Assembly: GCA_010356995.1 (NCBI GenBank)
Contig: ML996696.1
Span: forward strand, 994,364 to 1,048,712
Origin: Trichodelitschia bisporula
Lineage: Eukaryota
Length of the DNA stretch: 54,349 bases
Direction: 5' to 3'
Part shown: one piece after another, positions 50,867 to 54,349 of the stretch
Layout: each line of letters starts with the position of its first letter
Position numbering within the stretch: the first letter of the stretch is position 1
The notes under the pieces: model-generated
What the model saw: the letters and a program-made list of their open reading frames with translations, nothing else
The model's database searches: none
Told to the model about the DNA's origin: nothing
Program-made: the position numbers and the translations under genes

Positions 50867-52660
50867 CTATGCGGACTGGCAGTAGCCGGTGCCGGTTGGA
50901 ACCGACCCATAACCAGTCCCGCTCGGAGCCGATTTCCCATAGCCTGTGCCTGTCGGAGCAGGCACGCCATAGCCAATGCCGACGGCCGGTGGCCCAGAGT
51001 CAGCTCCCGTCAGAGCTTACCTATAGCCATTGCCACTAGCGGACAGCCCGTCACCAGTTCCGGCCCCACTCGGCTATTAATAACCAGTCCCCGGCCCGCC
51101 GTCGCCGCCGGCATATAGAGCCGCAGCCACGGGACATTTCTTCGGGGCGTGCCGCCGCCGACACGCAGAGCAGTACGGGCGGCGGAGAGCCTAGCCGAAT
51201 GCCGCCGCAAGAAGCGCGGCTAGGGCAGCGAGGATAGCCAGGAGCACAATGAGCGCAATGTCCCAGGGGCCGTGGCTCGCCGGGATGGCCTTGGAGGTGA
51301 CCGTCGGCCAGAAATCGAAGAGAGGGGCCGTGGCGGACGAAAAGTCGTAGAGGGTCAGGGTGTGGCTGATGGTGACGGTGGTCGTGCCGGCGAAGCTGGT
51401 GGTGGTGGTGGTGGTGGTGTTGGCCACAGTGACGGTGCTCGTCTTGCCAGCGTCGGTAATGGTCGTCGTGAGGCCGGTGACGGCGGTGGTCTTGCCGGCG
51501 TCAGTCACGGTGGACGTTTGGCCCGCGTCAGTAGTTGTTTGGCCGGCGTCTGTGAATGTGGTGGTCTGGCCAGCGACGGTGGTGGTTTGGCCAGCGTCCG
51601 TGACTGTCGTGGTCTGGCCAGCAACGGTGGTCGTCTGGCCGGCGTTGGTAGCGGTCTTGCCCGCATCGGTGACCGTGGTTGTCTGGCCGGCGTTGCTGGC
51701 GGTTGTAGTTTGTCCGGCATTCGTTACGACCGACGCAGAAGCCGACGCGGAGATCAACGTCACTGTCGAGGTACTCCCAGCATTTGTGACGGTCGTCGTC
51801 AGCCCAGCGTTGGTGACGGTCGTTATGGCCCCGGCATTTGTCACGACTGACGTGGAAACGGACGTCACGGTCGTGGTCGTGCCAAATTCGGTCACCGTAG
51901 TCGTAGTCGTGCCCGCGGTGGTCAAGACGATGAAGGCGGGGATAGTGCTTGTTGCCCCGGTGACGGTAGTCATCTGGTCCTTAGCGACGACAGATGGTCG
52001 TCTTGCCCACATCAACGGTGACAGTCGAAGTCCTGCCCGCATCCACCACAATCACTGTCTTCCCCGTGGTGGTGACCATCGTCGTCTGCCCGGCGTCGAT
52101 GACAGTTTGCGTCTTGCCTGCGGCGGTGACGGCTGTCGTGACGTTGGGCGGCAGCACACATCCGGTGAAGATGGTCTGGTGGACGCTCGTGATGTTCTCA
52201 TATATCGTCCCACCACCGCAGACGGGCTCTTTGATGGTCCCTGTGTGCAGCTGAGCCACGAACGAGGTGCGCGGGAGACATGTCGTCGATGGACACGAGA
52301 GCGGAGAGCACAACTGGGTGACGATGGTCGTCGAGGGCAAGCATGAGCTCTCAGGATATGTTGGAGCTTGTGTTGTCGACGTTGTCCAGGACTGACGTCG
52401 AGATAAGCATCAGACGAGACGGCGGGGTGGAGACATACCGATGATGAAGGTGCCGGAGTTGCCGGCGCAGGTGAGAAGCTTGTCTCGAGGTCCCGGCTCC
52501 CACCCATCACCGCGCAGATCGCGCTGCTGTCTGCCTAAGGCAGAGCGGGGTCAGCTGCGGGGGCCAAGGACCGGCAGGGGTCTCCCACGACACGTTTCCG
52601 GTGCACTTCACGATAAGGGCGTGTACTGCTAGTAGGAGAGAAATAGAGGCTCGGATTCGA
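50867..52660 (-). pseudogene. Thr-rich mucin-like single-pass membrane protein pseudogene (5' end uncertain)
   Basis: Cys-containing N-region, (D/N)AG(Q/K)TTTV repeats and TM helix WDIALIVLLAILAALAALLAAAFG. The frame continues through stops at 51191, 51074-79 and 51017 into a CxxC and GxGY-repeat tail. Frameshift near 51990; intron at about 52393-52438. Confidence 0.7.
51420..51850 (-). repeat. Degenerate tandem repeat encoding (D/N)AG(Q/K)TTTV(T), 21-27-bp units
   Basis: Repeated gtggtcgtctggccggcgt-like units; the antisense frame reads VVVWPA repeats. Confidence 0.8.
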
Positions 52661-52951
52661 CACACTAACTGGTCAGTGGTATGGCGCGTTACTGCAAGCC
52701 AATGTGAAAGCGGAATCTCCAGACCGGTCGTGGCAGACTCATTGTTGATGCTGCATTACGCGCCTACAGGGATTGCAAGGCTGAGCGGCAACAAGAAGGA
52801 ATCATTAACAGCTCCCCCAGCCCCTCCTTTTTCTTAATTTCGATTCAATCCAGTTCAAAACATTGTTCAGATCTTTGCAAATACCTCACAACTATCGAAT
52901 GGTACTTGTTCCATATCCACCCTTCCTGACGAATTCTCCGCTTCCACCAAA

Positions 52952-54349
52952 ATGGCACCTAAGCTTCAACGCGAAGACTACACCGTTGGCTGGGTGTGCG
53001 CACTCCATATCGAATTTGCGGCAGCGCAACTTCTGTTAGACACGGAGCATGCGCCTTTCCCGCAAGGTCCGAACGAGCCTACTTTCCCATACAAATTAGG
53101 CTGTATTGGTAGCCACAACGTCGTCATCGCCTGTTTGCCGGCCGGCCGGCCTGGAACGAACTCTGCGCTTTCGGTTGCGCTGCAGATGAGATCGATGTTT
53201 ACATCAATTCAGTATGGCCTGATGGTTGGCATCGGAGGCGGGGTGCCCAAGCCGAAGAACAATTTGCGGCTCGGAGACGTTGTTTTCAGCCAACCTGACG
53301 GTGCTCACGGCGGTGTGGTGCAGTACGAATTCGGCAAAGACATTCCAGGCGGGCTTCGACGAACCGGACATCTCAGTGCCCCCCCCGAGCATCTTTTGAA
53401 CGCGCTTCAGACCCTCAAAGCTCGGCACAGCATGACCAATTTCGGCTTTCTCGACCACCTTTCCAAGCTCACGAGACCGGGCAGTCCGTTTCTGCGTCCC
53501 AATGACGCATCCGATGTCTTGTTCGCGGCTTCCTACGAACACAAGGACTCAGATGACGCAGTTGGATGCTACGAATGTGCCCAAGAGAGCCTGGTAAACC
53601 GGGATAGATGGCAGGCCCGCACCGGACCCGTCCAGGTCCACTTCGGCACCATTGCATCAGACAATCGGCTCATGCGAGATGGCAACCAGAGGGACAGAAT
53701 CAGCAAGGAACTCGGGGGCGTTCTTTGCTTTGAGATGGAGGCGGCTGGGCTGATGAACCACTTCCCCTGTCTGGTTATTCGAGGCATCGCCGACTATTCC
53801 GACTCGCACAAAAGCGACGATTGGCAGAAGTATGCGGCGGCAACTGCAGCTTCCTGCGCCAAGGAGATTCTGCTGCTGATCCCCCCAGTTACAAGTTAGT
53901 TGCATCCCGTTTCTTCCGCTCCGAGTTGCAATGCGAACGTGTCCCTGCTTTCGTATCTGCTTTTGTCCTGGGGGAGGCAAACCTCTGTGTACCAAACGAC
54001 AATGCTTGATGAGCCGGATGGAGCCCAACGCTGACAGCCTTGCGCATAGACCTCCCACGTTATCGAACACACTTCAGCCTCGAAGGCGTTCCTGTAGTGA
54101 AAGAATTCGTTCAGCGGCCGGCAGAGATGGTGCAACTCGAAAAAGCACTGTTGCCACAACCGGACACCCAACGCCGAAAGATACTTGCGCTCTGCGGACT
54201 CGGTGGAATTGGTAAGACACAGCTTGCCGTAGAGTTCGTCCGGAGGCGCCGTGAAGAGTTTAGTTCTGTGTTCTGGCTGGCTGGAGACACAGCGGACAGC
54301 CTGAGACAGAGCATTGCGCGATGTGCAACCCGGATTCCGAAAGGCCAGA
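52952..54349 (+). CDS. Fungal NLR-like protein: PNP_UDP_1 (nucleoside phosphorylase) effector + NB-ARC, partial
   Basis: YTVGWVCAL, HNVVIACLP, GLMVGIGGGVP, VHFGTIAS, LCFEMEAAGLMN.FPCLVIRGIADYSDSHK. After intron 53895-54049 the frame reads EFVQRPAEM..ILALCGLGGIGKTQLAVEF..FSSVFWL (Walker A). It runs off the window end. Confidence 0.93.

Noticed and set aside
50890..51090. Recurring CCATAGCC/CATAACC units resembling a CRISPR-like or satellite array
   Set aside because: The DNA is eukaryotic, and the units are the GGY-TAT (Gly-Tyr) codons of the pseudogene's repeat tail.
51360..52346. 328-aa Val-rich + strand ORF (VVVWPA repeats)
   Set aside because: It is the antisense shadow of the Thr-rich repeat gene (ACN codons read as Val/Gly on the other strand) and has no ATG start.

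Overview
This is GC-rich, gene-dense genomic DNA from a filamentous ascomycete (Pezizomycotina, probably Dothideomycete-like), with very short GT-AG introns of mostly 40-55 nt. From 1 to 39.8 kb it is a mostly conserved housekeeping block: SDR (partial), CSR1-like CRAL-TRIO, HAD_SAK_1, UBP8, SMC4, AMMECR1, SEC14, a Pro-rich orphan, NmrA-like reductase, CWH43, ZNF706-like, UTP6, PTH4/ICT1-like, NAB3-like, eIF2A, NUP37 and APC1. From about 40 kb it turns into an accessory region. That region holds a probable organosulfur-scavenging trio (MFS, SOA1-family MFS and a divergent TauD dioxygenase, with CYS-3/MetR-like motifs in the shared promoter). It also holds a 1.6-kb internally deleted Ty1/copia element (two 174-bp LTRs, half-tRNA-iMet PBS, PPT), an AA9 LPMO pseudogene, and a Thr-rich single-pass membrane protein pseudogene whose stops are all RIP-type. 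Last is a PNP_UDP-NB-ARC fungal NLR running off the window end. All gene models were spliced by eye and no database searches were run. No rRNA, tRNA or CRISPR features were seen.
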